Below, one piece after another: positions 35,045 to 43,261 of a stretch of DNA of 64,000 nucleotides. The translations under genes were made by a program, and so were the position numbers. Source of the DNA: Bacteroidota bacterium (GTDB lineage Bacteria; Bacteroidota; Rhodothermia; JANXDC01); the NCBI GenBank assembly GCA_025059945.1, contig JANXDC010000011.1, forward strand, positions 16,673 to 80,672, read 5' to 3'. Within the stretch, counting starts at the first letter, position 1, and every line of letters begins with the position of its first letter. The notes beneath the pieces were generated by a model. It was not told where the DNA came from, searched no databases, and saw nothing but the letters and a program-made list of their open reading frames with translations.

Positions 35045-38000
35045 CTAGCTCGGCACCTCGAGCAGGCGCGCGGCCACGACTTTGGAGACCCCAGGCTCCT
35101 CCATGGTGATCCCGTATAGGGTCTCGGCCGCTTCCATCGTGCGCTTGTTGTGTGTAACGACGATGAATTGCGTGCGGTCGCGGAAGCCTTCCAGCAGGCG
35201 CAGAAAGCGCATCGTGTTGGCATCATCCAGGGGGGCATCAACCTCGTCCAGAATGCAGAACGGGGAGGGCTTGACCAGGTAGAGCGCAAACAGCAGCGCG
35301 AGGGCCGTTAGCGCCTTCTCCCCGCCGGACAGCTGTTGGATCGAGCTGGGGCGTTTTCCGCGAGGCCGAAGGTAGGGCAGCACGTCGGACTCCAGCGGAT
35401 TGGAGGGATCGCTTAAGCGCAGATCCGCCTCTTCGACCTCCTCGAAAAGAAGCCCAAGGACGGTCCGAAAGTGTTCTCGGATCGCCTCGAAAGTTTGTCG
35501 AAAACGCCGGTGGGCCTCCTCTGTAGCCTCTTCTAGGGTGCGGCGCACATCCCGCATGGCGGCCTCGATATCGTCGCGCTGGGCATACAAGAACCTCAAG
35601 CGCTCCCGCTCCTCTTGATAGGCCTCTAGAGCGAGCGCGTTCGTGGGGCCGATTTCGGCTAGGCGCGTCCGGGCATGCTCTAGCTCCGCAGCCGCCGCTT
35701 GTGGGTCGAATAGATCCGCCTGTATCTCTTCGGTGCTGGGCCTAGCTTCTAGCTCAGCCCGACGCGCTTCCAGGTGTGCGCGCTCCGTCTCAAGTCGGGC
35801 GCAGGCGACCAAAAGCTCTTGGCGAAGCTCCCCCAAGACCGAGAGCCGGCGCTCCGTGTCGCGCAACGAGGCCTCATGTCGTCGAAGCTGCGCCCGAAGC
35901 TCCCGGATCATGGCTTCGCGTTCGAGGCAGCGCCTCTGAAGCGCCTTCAAGGCGACTTGATGGCCTTGTAGCTCGGCCTCAAGGCCTCTGAGCTCCGTAC
36001 GCAGGTTTTCGAGTTCCTCTAGCGCGCTCATCCGCCTCCTATACGCCTCGTCGCGTTCCCGCTCCAGCTGAAGCAACTCTCGGGCGAGGGGTTCGGCCTC
36101 TCGGCTGAGGGCCTCGATCCGGTTGTGCGCCTCGGCATACGCCAGGCGCGCCGCCTGTTCAGCGGTGAGTGCCTCCGTCCAGGCTGTCTCTAGTTCCCGA
36201 ACTCGGCCTTCCCAATGCGTATAAAGCGCCTCTTGGCGGGCCAGCGCATAGCTGATCTCGGATGCAGATTGCTCCAGTTGCTTCGTCTCCCACTCCGGGC
36301 GACTTTGCTCTAAGGCCTGCCGCTCGCGCTCTAAGGCTTCATCTTCCTTTTTGAGCAGGCGGTGTTCGGCTTCTAGGCGCGCCTGCTCTTGGCTTATGCG
36401 TTCGCGGCCGCGCTCCAGATCCCGAAGCGCTCTGGCGTGCTCCTTGAGGGCCTCCTTGAGGACCTCAAGGGCGCGGGCCTCTTCGGAGAGGCTTGTCTCC
36501 AGCTCCGCGGATCGGGCCATGAGCGCCCGGCGGAGTCGTTTTAGTTCCTTTAGGCGCCTGCGCGCGCTGAACACATTCAATACAAAAGAGGCCTCATCGC
36601 CTCCGGTGCGCCAATACGCAGGTCCTTCCAGGCGGTCCCCGTTGGGACTAACCCAGAGCAAATCCGGATATCGGGCCGTCAGGCTACTTATGTTTTCCCA
36701 GTCTGGCACCCATGCCACGGCGCCCAGAAGCTGATCGCGCAAGCCCTTCCACCGCGGATCCCGAGGGCGAACGCGCTCAGCCAGCCGAACCGCGCCCGGA
36801 GGAATTTCGGGCCAGGGAGCAGACTCGGGTAGGCCCTCAAGCACGATGAAGAGGGCTTTGCCTTGTCCGGACTCCCGCAGCAAGCGCGCGCCCTCCAGCG
36901 CTTCTTGCCAGGTTTCCACCACTAAGGCCTCCGCTAGCGGACCGAGCGCGGCCGAGAGCGCCGCCTCATCAGCCGGATCGACCTCCAGAAGATCCAAGAC
37001 CGGCCATGGACGAATCCCCGCATTGGGCCGGCTTAAAAGAAACCGCACAGGGGCTCCAAAGCCCTCGTGGGCCGACAGGAACTCCTCCAGCCAACGCTCC
37101 TCGGCCTCTAGGTGCGCCAGGCGGGCTTGCGTGGCCTCCTGTTCCGTCTTCAGGCTCTGAAGCCTCCTTTCCCGATGTGCCTGTTCGGCCTCAAGCTCGG
37201 TCTGTTTGCGGACGTGCACCTCCCATGCGGCCTGCAAGCGCTCATTCTGCTCGGCCAAGGTCTGCAGGCGCTCTTGACGTCTAAGCAGCTCGGTCTGCAG
37301 GGTTGCGCGCGCCCCTTCGAGCGTCTCAAGACGCGCGGCGCGCTGAGCCCGGTCGCTGGAGCGGCGTTCGATTTCCAGGCGTATCTCGTAAAGCTGCCGA
37401 GTTAGCCTGTCGCGTTCGGCTCGCACTTGTTCCCAGCTCTTTCGCGCGGCCTCCAGGGCGGATTTGCGCTCCAGGAGCGCGGTTTCGGCTTCTTGCCAGG
37501 CTGTTTGTAGCTCGCCAAGCTCCCCTTGCAGCTGCGCTAGCTCCGCTGCGATCTGCCTTTGCCGTTCCGTGAGGGCGCCTTCTCGGGTTTCGAGCGCCTC
37601 GATGCGCTCGGCAAGCTGTCGCGTGCGCTCCTCGATGTGTTTAAGTGAGAGCTCCTTACGCAGGCGCTCCGCCTGCAGCCTTTGGAGCGCCTCCGCCTGG
37701 CGGTCGCGCTCGGCTTGATCTTGGCCCAGGTGCTCTTCCAGAGCCGAGAGCCGCTCCTCCAAGCTGCCCAGCTCGGCTGCTCGTTGTGCCCGCTCGGTTT
37801 GCGCCAGACTGGATTCGGCCTCCACGGCGCGCAGGCGCTCTTGGAGTTCCTCCCACTTCCGGTTTAGCGTCTCCTGTTCATGTTCCAGCAGACGTCGCTC
37901 CAAGGCCCAGATGCGCGCCTCCAAACGTTGCCGCTCCTGCGCCTTGCGGGCTTGACGCTCCAGGGCGCGCACTTGGCGCTCGACTTCGGCTATAAGGTCA

Positions 38001-38575
38001 TAGACGCGAGCCAGATCGGCCGCCGTATTGTCGAGCTTGCGCAAAGCCAGCTGGCGGTGCTGGCGAAAACGCGTTATCCCCGCCGCTTCCTCCAGAAGCC
38101 GGCGTCGCCCCTCGGCGCCCTCGCTCAGAAGGCCCTCGACCATGCCAAGTTCGATCACCGAGTAGGCGTCCGTTCCCATGCCGGTATCCCATAGCAGCTC
38201 TTGTATATCCCGCAGCCGGCACAGGACCCCGTTAAGCAGGTATTCGCTATAGCCGTCTCGGTACAAGCGCCGGGTGATGCGGATCTCCGTATAGGGAGCC
38301 GGTAGCAGACCTCGGTCGTTGTGAAAGGTCAGGCTGACCTCGGCCATGCCGAGGGGTTTGCGTGTTTTGGAGCCGTTAAAGATGACCTGCTCCATGCGGT
38401 CGGCCCGCAGCAGGCGCGCCCTTTGCTCGCCCAACACCCAGCGGATCGCGTCGACGATATTCGATTTGCCGCATCCGTTGGGGCCCACGAGGGCCGTTAG
38501 CCCGCTGTTGAACGTAAGAACGGTTCGTTGGGCGAAGCTTTTGAAGCCGTGCAGCTCAAGTCGGGCCAGATACAT
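35045..38575 (-). CDS. smc: Chromosome segregation protein SMC
   Basis: Trimmed to MYLARLELHGFKSF. Walker A GPNGCGKSN, long coiled coils, hinge, signature LSGGEKALTALALLFA, Walker B FCILDEVDAPLD. Confidence 0.95.
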   Translation of the reverse strand: MYLARLELHGFKSFAQRTVLTFNSGLTALVGPNGCGKSNIVDAIRWVLGEQRARLLRADRMEQVIFNGSKTRKPLGMAEVSLTFHNDRGLLPAPYTEIRITRRLYRDGYSEYLLNGVLCRLRDIQELLWDTGMGTDAYSVIELGMVEGLLSEGAEGRRRLLEEAAGITRFRQHRQLALRKLDNTAADLARVYDLIAEVERQVRALERQARKAQERQRLEARIWALERRLLEHEQETLNRKWEELQERLRAVEAESSLAQTERAQRAAELGSLEERLSALEEHLGQDQAERDRQAEALQRLQAERLRKELSLKHIEERTRQLAERIEALETREGALTERQRQIAAELAQLQGELGELQTAWQEAETALLERKSALEAARKSWEQVRAERDRLTRQLYEIRLEIERRSSDRAQRAARLETLEGARATLQTELLRRQERLQTLAEQNERLQAAWEVHVRKQTELEAEQAHRERRLQSLKTEQEATQARLAHLEAEERWLEEFLSAHEGFGAPVRFLLSRPNAGIRPWPVLDLLEVDPADEAALSAALGPLAEALVVETWQEALEGARLLRESGQGKALFIVLEGLPESAPWPEIPPGAVRLAERVRPRDPRWKGLRDQLLGAVAWVPDWENISSLTARYPDLLWVSPNGDRLEGPAYWRTGGDEASFVLNVFSARRRLKELKRLRRALMARSAELETSLSEEARALEVLKEALKEHARALRDLERGRERISQEQARLEAEHRLLKKEDEALERERQALEQSRPEWETKQLEQSASEISYALARQEALYTHWEGRVRELETAWTEALTAEQAARLAYAEAHNRIEALSREAEPLARELLQLERERDEAYRRRMSALEELENLRTELRGLEAELQGHQVALKALQRRCLEREAMIRELRAQLRRHEASLRDTERRLSVLGELRQELLVACARLETERAHLEARRAELEARPSTEEIQADLFDPQAAAAELEHARTRLAEIGPTNALALEAYQEERERLRFLYAQRDDIEAAMRDVRRTLEEATEEAHRRFRQTFEAIREHFRTVLGLLFEEVEEADLRLSDPSNPLESDVLPYLRPRGKRPSSIQQLSGGEKALTALALLFALYLVKPSPFCILDEVDAPLDDANTMRFLRLLEGFRDRTQFIVVTHNKRTMEAAETLYGITMEEPGVSKVVAARLLEVPS

Positions 38576-38586
38576 GGGCCGATCGT

Positions 38587-40212
38587 CTACAAGGAGCGCC
38601 AAAAATAGACCAGATGCGAGCCCAGATCAAACACGTTCCACAGCAGCCCGCCCAGCAGCCCGTATAAGGCCAGGGGAAGCCCCAAACTCGCCAGCAGCAC
38701 GATTGGCAAAGGCAGCCGGGTGGGCAGCGCAGCATCAACGACGGCCTGCATGCGTCCGGCAGCGAACAGCAGCATCCACAGCCCCCCAAGTCCGGCCCAT
38801 AGAGTCTCCGCATGCCATCCAAGAGTGGCGGCTAACAGACCCAACAGGGCCAGCGCCGCAAGCGGCCAGTGTGCCAGCGCAAGCAAAGCCCCAAGCACTT
38901 GCACCGGAGGGCGCCATTCCCGTTGTAGTCCCCAACGCAGCAGCGCAAGCCAGAGGCCGTGATCAAGTAGGTATACGACCGATCCCGCTGCGGCCACTAG
39001 CTCAGGGCGCCGGCCGATAGCCGATAACAGGGCATGGCCCAGAGGGGCCTCCTCCAGAAACCCTAGCAGCCGGTGCAAGGCCGTTTGCTCTTGTAGTTGG
39101 GTATATCCCAGAAGCGCGAAAAGGCCCGCACTTATGGCCAGCACCGGCATGCCCCTCCAAGCCCAGTATTCTGGGCGCTCTCTAAGGCGCACCAGGTCTT
39201 CTATAAAAAAACGGTGTGCCCGCACGTAGCGCCCCAGCATGCGCCGAAAACGCGGGCTGTAGTGGTAGTACAGACCCAGGGCCACAAGAACCCCCCACAG
39301 AACCGGAAGCCAGGGGTTAAGCGGAGGCGAATCGTCCGGTGAGGGATCCGGGAGCGGTTCGCCTCGAAGGCGCGCCAAAACCCCCTCTAGAGCGGGTCGG
39401 GGCGTTCCGTTGGCGGCCACAAGCCCATAGGGGCGCCACCAAGGATCGACCCCAGTAAGGCGCACTCGGGGGCGAAGATCTCGATAGTCCCGCCAGGTAT
39501 GAATCCAGACGATCTGCGGAGGTCGTTGCAGGGAATCGATACCCCGAAGATCGGTCCACAGGCCCATCCAGGCTCTCTCGGGGGTTGCCCGAACATGAGG
39601 CCAGCGCTCTAGCCCCTGGGCTGGACGCCCAATGCGCACCATGCCTGCCGGGCTAGGAGGCTCCTTCAGATCGCCGAGGCCGGAGTCCGTAAGGTCCCAG
39701 ATCACCCATCCGCCGGGCAGGGCGCCGAGGCTGGGGTCGGCCAGACGGTAGATGGGCCTGCTGTCGCGTCGCGTCACCTCCTCGGCTAGCGCTGTCTGCA
39801 CCCAGCGCGCATCCGGATCCCAGACCGCATCCGGTCCCCCCAAGCCCCAGGCGGCTATGCAGGAGTACGGGCGGGCGCGCTCTAGGTTTTGAATCAGCTC
39901 GGTCCTTAAGCGTTCTAGCGCGCGCCTTAGTTGGGGGCCCGGCCGGTCTGTTTCCACAAGCCGATAAAGGACCCGCAAACCCAACCGTTCGCACCAACGC
40001 AGCAGAGTGGGCTCAACCGGGCGCAACAGTTCCACCCACCTGAAACCGGCCTCTCGGATGGCGTGCAGGTCCCGAATCGCCGTAAGCGTGTCCTCAGGGG
40101 GCCAATACGTCACCCCCCAGTCCGGCTGCGCCGGGCTCACAACGGGTGAGCTCAGTAGAAGGCCCCACAGTAAAGGGATCCACCGCAGTCGGGGGGCGGA
40201 CAGAGCGCTCAT
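38587..40212 (-). CDS. Hypothetical membrane protein: periplasmic TIM-barrel/glycosidase-like N-domain plus about 6 C-terminal TM segments
   Basis: ORF 38587-40353 trimmed to MSALSAPRLRWIPLLWGLLLSSPVVSPAQ (signal-like). The stop lies 11 nt upstream of the smc ATG. No family recognised with confidence. Confidence 0.65.
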   Translation of the reverse strand: MSALSAPRLRWIPLLWGLLLSSPVVSPAQPDWGVTYWPPEDTLTAIRDLHAIREAGFRWVELLRPVEPTLLRWCERLGLRVLYRLVETDRPGPQLRRALERLRTELIQNLERARPYSCIAAWGLGGPDAVWDPDARWVQTALAEEVTRRDSRPIYRLADPSLGALPGGWVIWDLTDSGLGDLKEPPSPAGMVRIGRPAQGLERWPHVRATPERAWMGLWTDLRGIDSLQRPPQIVWIHTWRDYRDLRPRVRLTGVDPWWRPYGLVAANGTPRPALEGVLARLRGEPLPDPSPDDSPPLNPWLPVLWGVLVALGLYYHYSPRFRRMLGRYVRAHRFFIEDLVRLRERPEYWAWRGMPVLAISAGLFALLGYTQLQEQTALHRLLGFLEEAPLGHALLSAIGRRPELVAAAGSVVYLLDHGLWLALLRWGLQREWRPPVQVLGALLALAHWPLAALALLGLLAATLGWHAETLWAGLGGLWMLLFAAGRMQAVVDAALPTRLPLPIVLLASLGLPLALYGLLGGLLWNVFDLGSHLVYFWRSL

Positions 40213-40339
40213 GGGCGCCAGAACCTGCTCTGCGCGCCCGAATTTAGGTCCGCTCGCCGCAAGCGACCAAGCGGCTTTAGGAAGAGGTGCGCCGATGGTC
40301 CCGTTTTGCCTACCTTTGTGCCGGATCGAGGCAGGTTCT

Positions 40340-41344
40340 ATGAAGCCCATCACCTATCAAGAGGCCGGAGTGGACATCGAGGCCGGCGAGCGTCTGGTGG
40401 CGCGCATCCGGACCTGGGCCCGTCACACCTTTCGGACTGGGGTGCTGGGCGATATCGGCGGCTTTGGGGGTCTATTTCGAATCGCGGAGCTGGGCTACCG
40501 AGATCCCGTGCTCGTGTCCAGCATCGACGGGGTAGGTACCAAGCTCAAGATCGCCATCGCGGCCGCGCGGCATGACACGATCGGCCGCGATCTCGTCAAT
40601 CATTGCGTAAACGATATCGCCGTATGCGGCGCCGAGCCCCTTTTCTTTCTGGACTATTTCGCTACGGGAAAACTTGAGCCGGAGGTGGCCGAGCACGTCA
40701 TTAAGGGAATAGCCGAAGCCTGCCGCGAGAACGGATGCGCCCTCATCGGCGGCGAGACGGCCGAGATGCCCGATCTATACGCGCCCGGTGATTATGATCT
40801 GGCCGGTGCCATTGTGGGCATCGTCGAGCGCGAGCGGATTTTGGATGGGTCCGCAATTCAGGCCGGAGACGTCTTGATCGGGCTTCCCTCCACGGGCCTG
40901 CACACAAACGGCTACAGCTTGGCGCGTCGCGTGCTTTTGGCTCACTATAGGCTGGAGAGCTATGTCGAGGAGTTGGGCGCTACGCTCGCCGAAGCCCTCC
41001 TGGCCGTGCATCGATCGTATCTGGGTTTGATCCGCGGGCTGCGGCAGGCCGTTCCGGTTCGGGCTTTTAGCCACATCACCGGTGGGGGTATAGAGGGCAA
41101 CACGCGCCGCCTGCTTGCGCCCAACTTGGGGCTGCGGATCGACTGGAACGCATGGCCTCGTCCGGCCTTGTTCACCCTGATGCAACGACTGGGCCCCGTC
41201 TCGGAAGAGGAGATGCGCCGCGTATTCAACCTCGGCATCGGGCTTGTGGCCGTTGTCCCGCCGGAGCACGCCCAGCAAGCCCTGCTTTGGCTTGATCAAG
41301 TCGGTGAACAGGCCTGGGTAATCGGAGAGGTGATCCCAAGGTAA
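40340..41344 (+). CDS. purM: Phosphoribosylformylglycinamidine cyclo-ligase (AIR synthetase)
   Basis: ORF 40007-41344 trimmed to MKPITYQEAGVDIEAGE. Motifs GGFGGLF, DGVGTKLKIA, NDIAVCGAEPLFFLDY. Confidence 0.93.
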   Translation: MKPITYQEAGVDIEAGERLVARIRTWARHTFRTGVLGDIGGFGGLFRIAELGYRDPVLVSSIDGVGTKLKIAIAAARHDTIGRDLVNHCVNDIAVCGAEPLFFLDYFATGKLEPEVAEHVIKGIAEACRENGCALIGGETAEMPDLYAPGDYDLAGAIVGIVERERILDGSAIQAGDVLIGLPSTGLHTNGYSLARRVLLAHYRLESYVEELGATLAEALLAVHRSYLGLIRGLRQAVPVRAFSHITGGGIEGNTRRLLAPNLGLRIDWNAWPRPALFTLMQRLGPVSEEEMRRVFNLGIGLVAVVPPEHAQQALLWLDQVGEQAWVIGEVIPR

Positions 41345-41345
41345 C

Positions 41346-41672
41346 ATGGACCGCCAAACGCGCTGGATGCAGCTACTGCGCCTGCTGCGCCGGTTGCGCG
41401 GGGAGGGGCGCTTGCGGGGTCGACAGCTGCTGCGCCCATCGGAGTGGAAGGTGGGCCTGGAGATCGAGTGGCGGCGCTCAGAGCCTTCCTCCGGCTACGT
41501 GTGGCTTTACGTCGGCTCCACGGAGGCCGACACGTACTTCGAGGCCCCGGCTCTGGGCATCGCTCCGGTGCGGCTTCTTGACCGAGGGGGCGATCTGGGG
41601 GCTTGGTTGGAGGAGGCAGCGGAAATAGCCCGGCAAGGGTACGCCTACACCCGGACCGCTCCGGCCGTCTAG
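41346..41672 (+). CDS. Small hypothetical protein (108 aa)
   Basis: The ATG lies 1 nt after the purM stop and the ORF fills the purM-hutH gap. No recognisable motif. The Arg-rich N-terminus could also be GC-driven noise. Confidence 0.4.
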   Translation: MDRQTRWMQLLRLLRRLRGEGRLRGRQLLRPSEWKVGLEIEWRRSEPSSGYVWLYVGSTEADTYFEAPALGIAPVRLLDRGGDLGAWLEEAAEIARQGYAYTRTAPAV

Positions 41673-41755
41673 GGCGTTTGCCGAAACCGGAACGCAGTCT
41701 CGGGGTAGGCCGAATGCCCCCTTGAGAGCTTCCAAATCGAAAGACGCCGAAGCGC

Positions 41756-43261
41756 ATGGTGATCCTAGAGGGCGGAGATCTTACGATAGCGCGCATAGCC
41801 GAGCTGCTGGCGCGCCGGGAGCCTATCGGGCTATCTCCGGTGGCCTGGGAGCGGGTCCATCGCGCCTGGCGCTGGATCGAGCTTGCCGCCCAGGAGGAGG
41901 TTCCCGTCTATGGCGTAAACACCGGCTTTGGCGCCCTGGCGCAGGAGCGCATCCCGGTGCAAGCGCGAAGCCAACTGCAGCGCAACCTACTCCTTTCGCA
42001 CGCCGTGGGCGTAGGGGAGCCGCTTCCGGATGAGGTGGTTCGGCTTATGCTGCTGCTGAAGATCAACTCCCTGGCCCTGGGATACTCCGGGGTGCGGCCC
42101 CAGACGCTGGAGCGGCTGATTGCACTCTACAATGCGGACCTACTACCCTGGGTCCCGTCTCGGGGTTCGCTGGGGGCGAGCGGGGATCTGGCCCCCCTGG
42201 CTCATCTTGTGTTGCCCCTTATCGGCGAGGGGGAGCTCAAAGAGGGGGGGCGCTTGCGTCCGGCGCGCGCAGTGCTGCTGGAGCGCGGCTGGGCACCCCT
42301 GGAGTTGGGCCCCAAGGAGGGGTTGGCCCTAATCAACGGCACGCAACTGATGAGCGCTTGCGGGACCTGGGTGCTTCTGCGGGCGCGTCGGCTCCTGCCC
42401 ACAGCGGACCTGATCTTGAGCATGTCCTTGGAGGCCCTGCAGGGAAGCCTCAGGCCGTTTGACGCCCGCCTGCATGCGGTGCGGCCTCATCCGGGTGCGG
42501 CCATCGTGGCCGAAAACGTGCGTCGGCTTCTGCAGGAAAGCGAAATTCTGGCATCTCACCGGCTCTGCGACAAGGTCCAGGACCCTTACTCGCTGCGCTG
42601 CGCGCCCCAGGTGCACGGGGCCAGCCGCGACGCGCTGGCGTATCTGGAGCGTGTGGTGGAGACGGAAATCAACGCGGCCACGGACAACCCGCTTGTATTT
42701 GAGGACGGCACGATCTTAAGCGGAGGCAACTTCCACGGCCAGCCCTTGGCTCTGGCTCTAGATCTGGCCGCGATCGCCTTGGCCGAGCTGGCCAGCATTT
42801 CGGAGCGGCGATTGTATCTATTGCTGGAGGGGCGCGACGGGCTGCCCAGGTTGCTTGTGCGCAACACGGGGCTTAACTCTGGGCTCATGCTGCTTCAGTA
42901 TACGGCCGCCGCCCTGGTCTCCGAAAACAAGGTCCTCTGCCATCCCGCCTCGGTCGATTCCATTCCCACCTCTTTGGGCCAAGAAGATCACGTGAGCATG
43001 GGCAGCATAGCGGCCCTAAAGCTGCTGCAGGTCCTGGAGAACACGGAGACCGTGCTAGCGTTGGAGCTGCTGGCCGCCGCGCAGGCGCTTGATTATCGGC
43101 TCCCCTTGATGCCGGGTCGGGGCGTGCGCCTGGCGCATGAGATCGTACGACAGCATATACCGCACGCCGAGGCCGATCACCTTCTGAGCCCAAGCATCGC
43201 CCAGGCGCTGGAGCTGGTCCGCTCAGGGGTTCTATTGGAGGCGGAGCCTGCCTTGCTATGA
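41756..43261 (+). CDS. hutH: Histidine ammonia-lyase
   Basis: 501 aa. MIO-forming GSLGASGDLAPLAHL. The selectivity region reads LLLSHAVGVG (Ser-His, HAL-type rather than TAL/PAL). Confidence 0.92.
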   Translation: MVILEGGDLTIARIAELLARREPIGLSPVAWERVHRAWRWIELAAQEEVPVYGVNTGFGALAQERIPVQARSQLQRNLLLSHAVGVGEPLPDEVVRLMLLLKINSLALGYSGVRPQTLERLIALYNADLLPWVPSRGSLGASGDLAPLAHLVLPLIGEGELKEGGRLRPARAVLLERGWAPLELGPKEGLALINGTQLMSACGTWVLLRARRLLPTADLILSMSLEALQGSLRPFDARLHAVRPHPGAAIVAENVRRLLQESEILASHRLCDKVQDPYSLRCAPQVHGASRDALAYLERVVETEINAATDNPLVFEDGTILSGGNFHGQPLALALDLAAIALAELASISERRLYLLLEGRDGLPRLLVRNTGLNSGLMLLQYTAAALVSENKVLCHPASVDSIPTSLGQEDHVSMGSIAALKLLQVLENTETVLALELLAAAQALDYRLPLMPGRGVRLAHEIVRQHIPHAEADHLLSPSIAQALELVRSGVLLEAEPALL

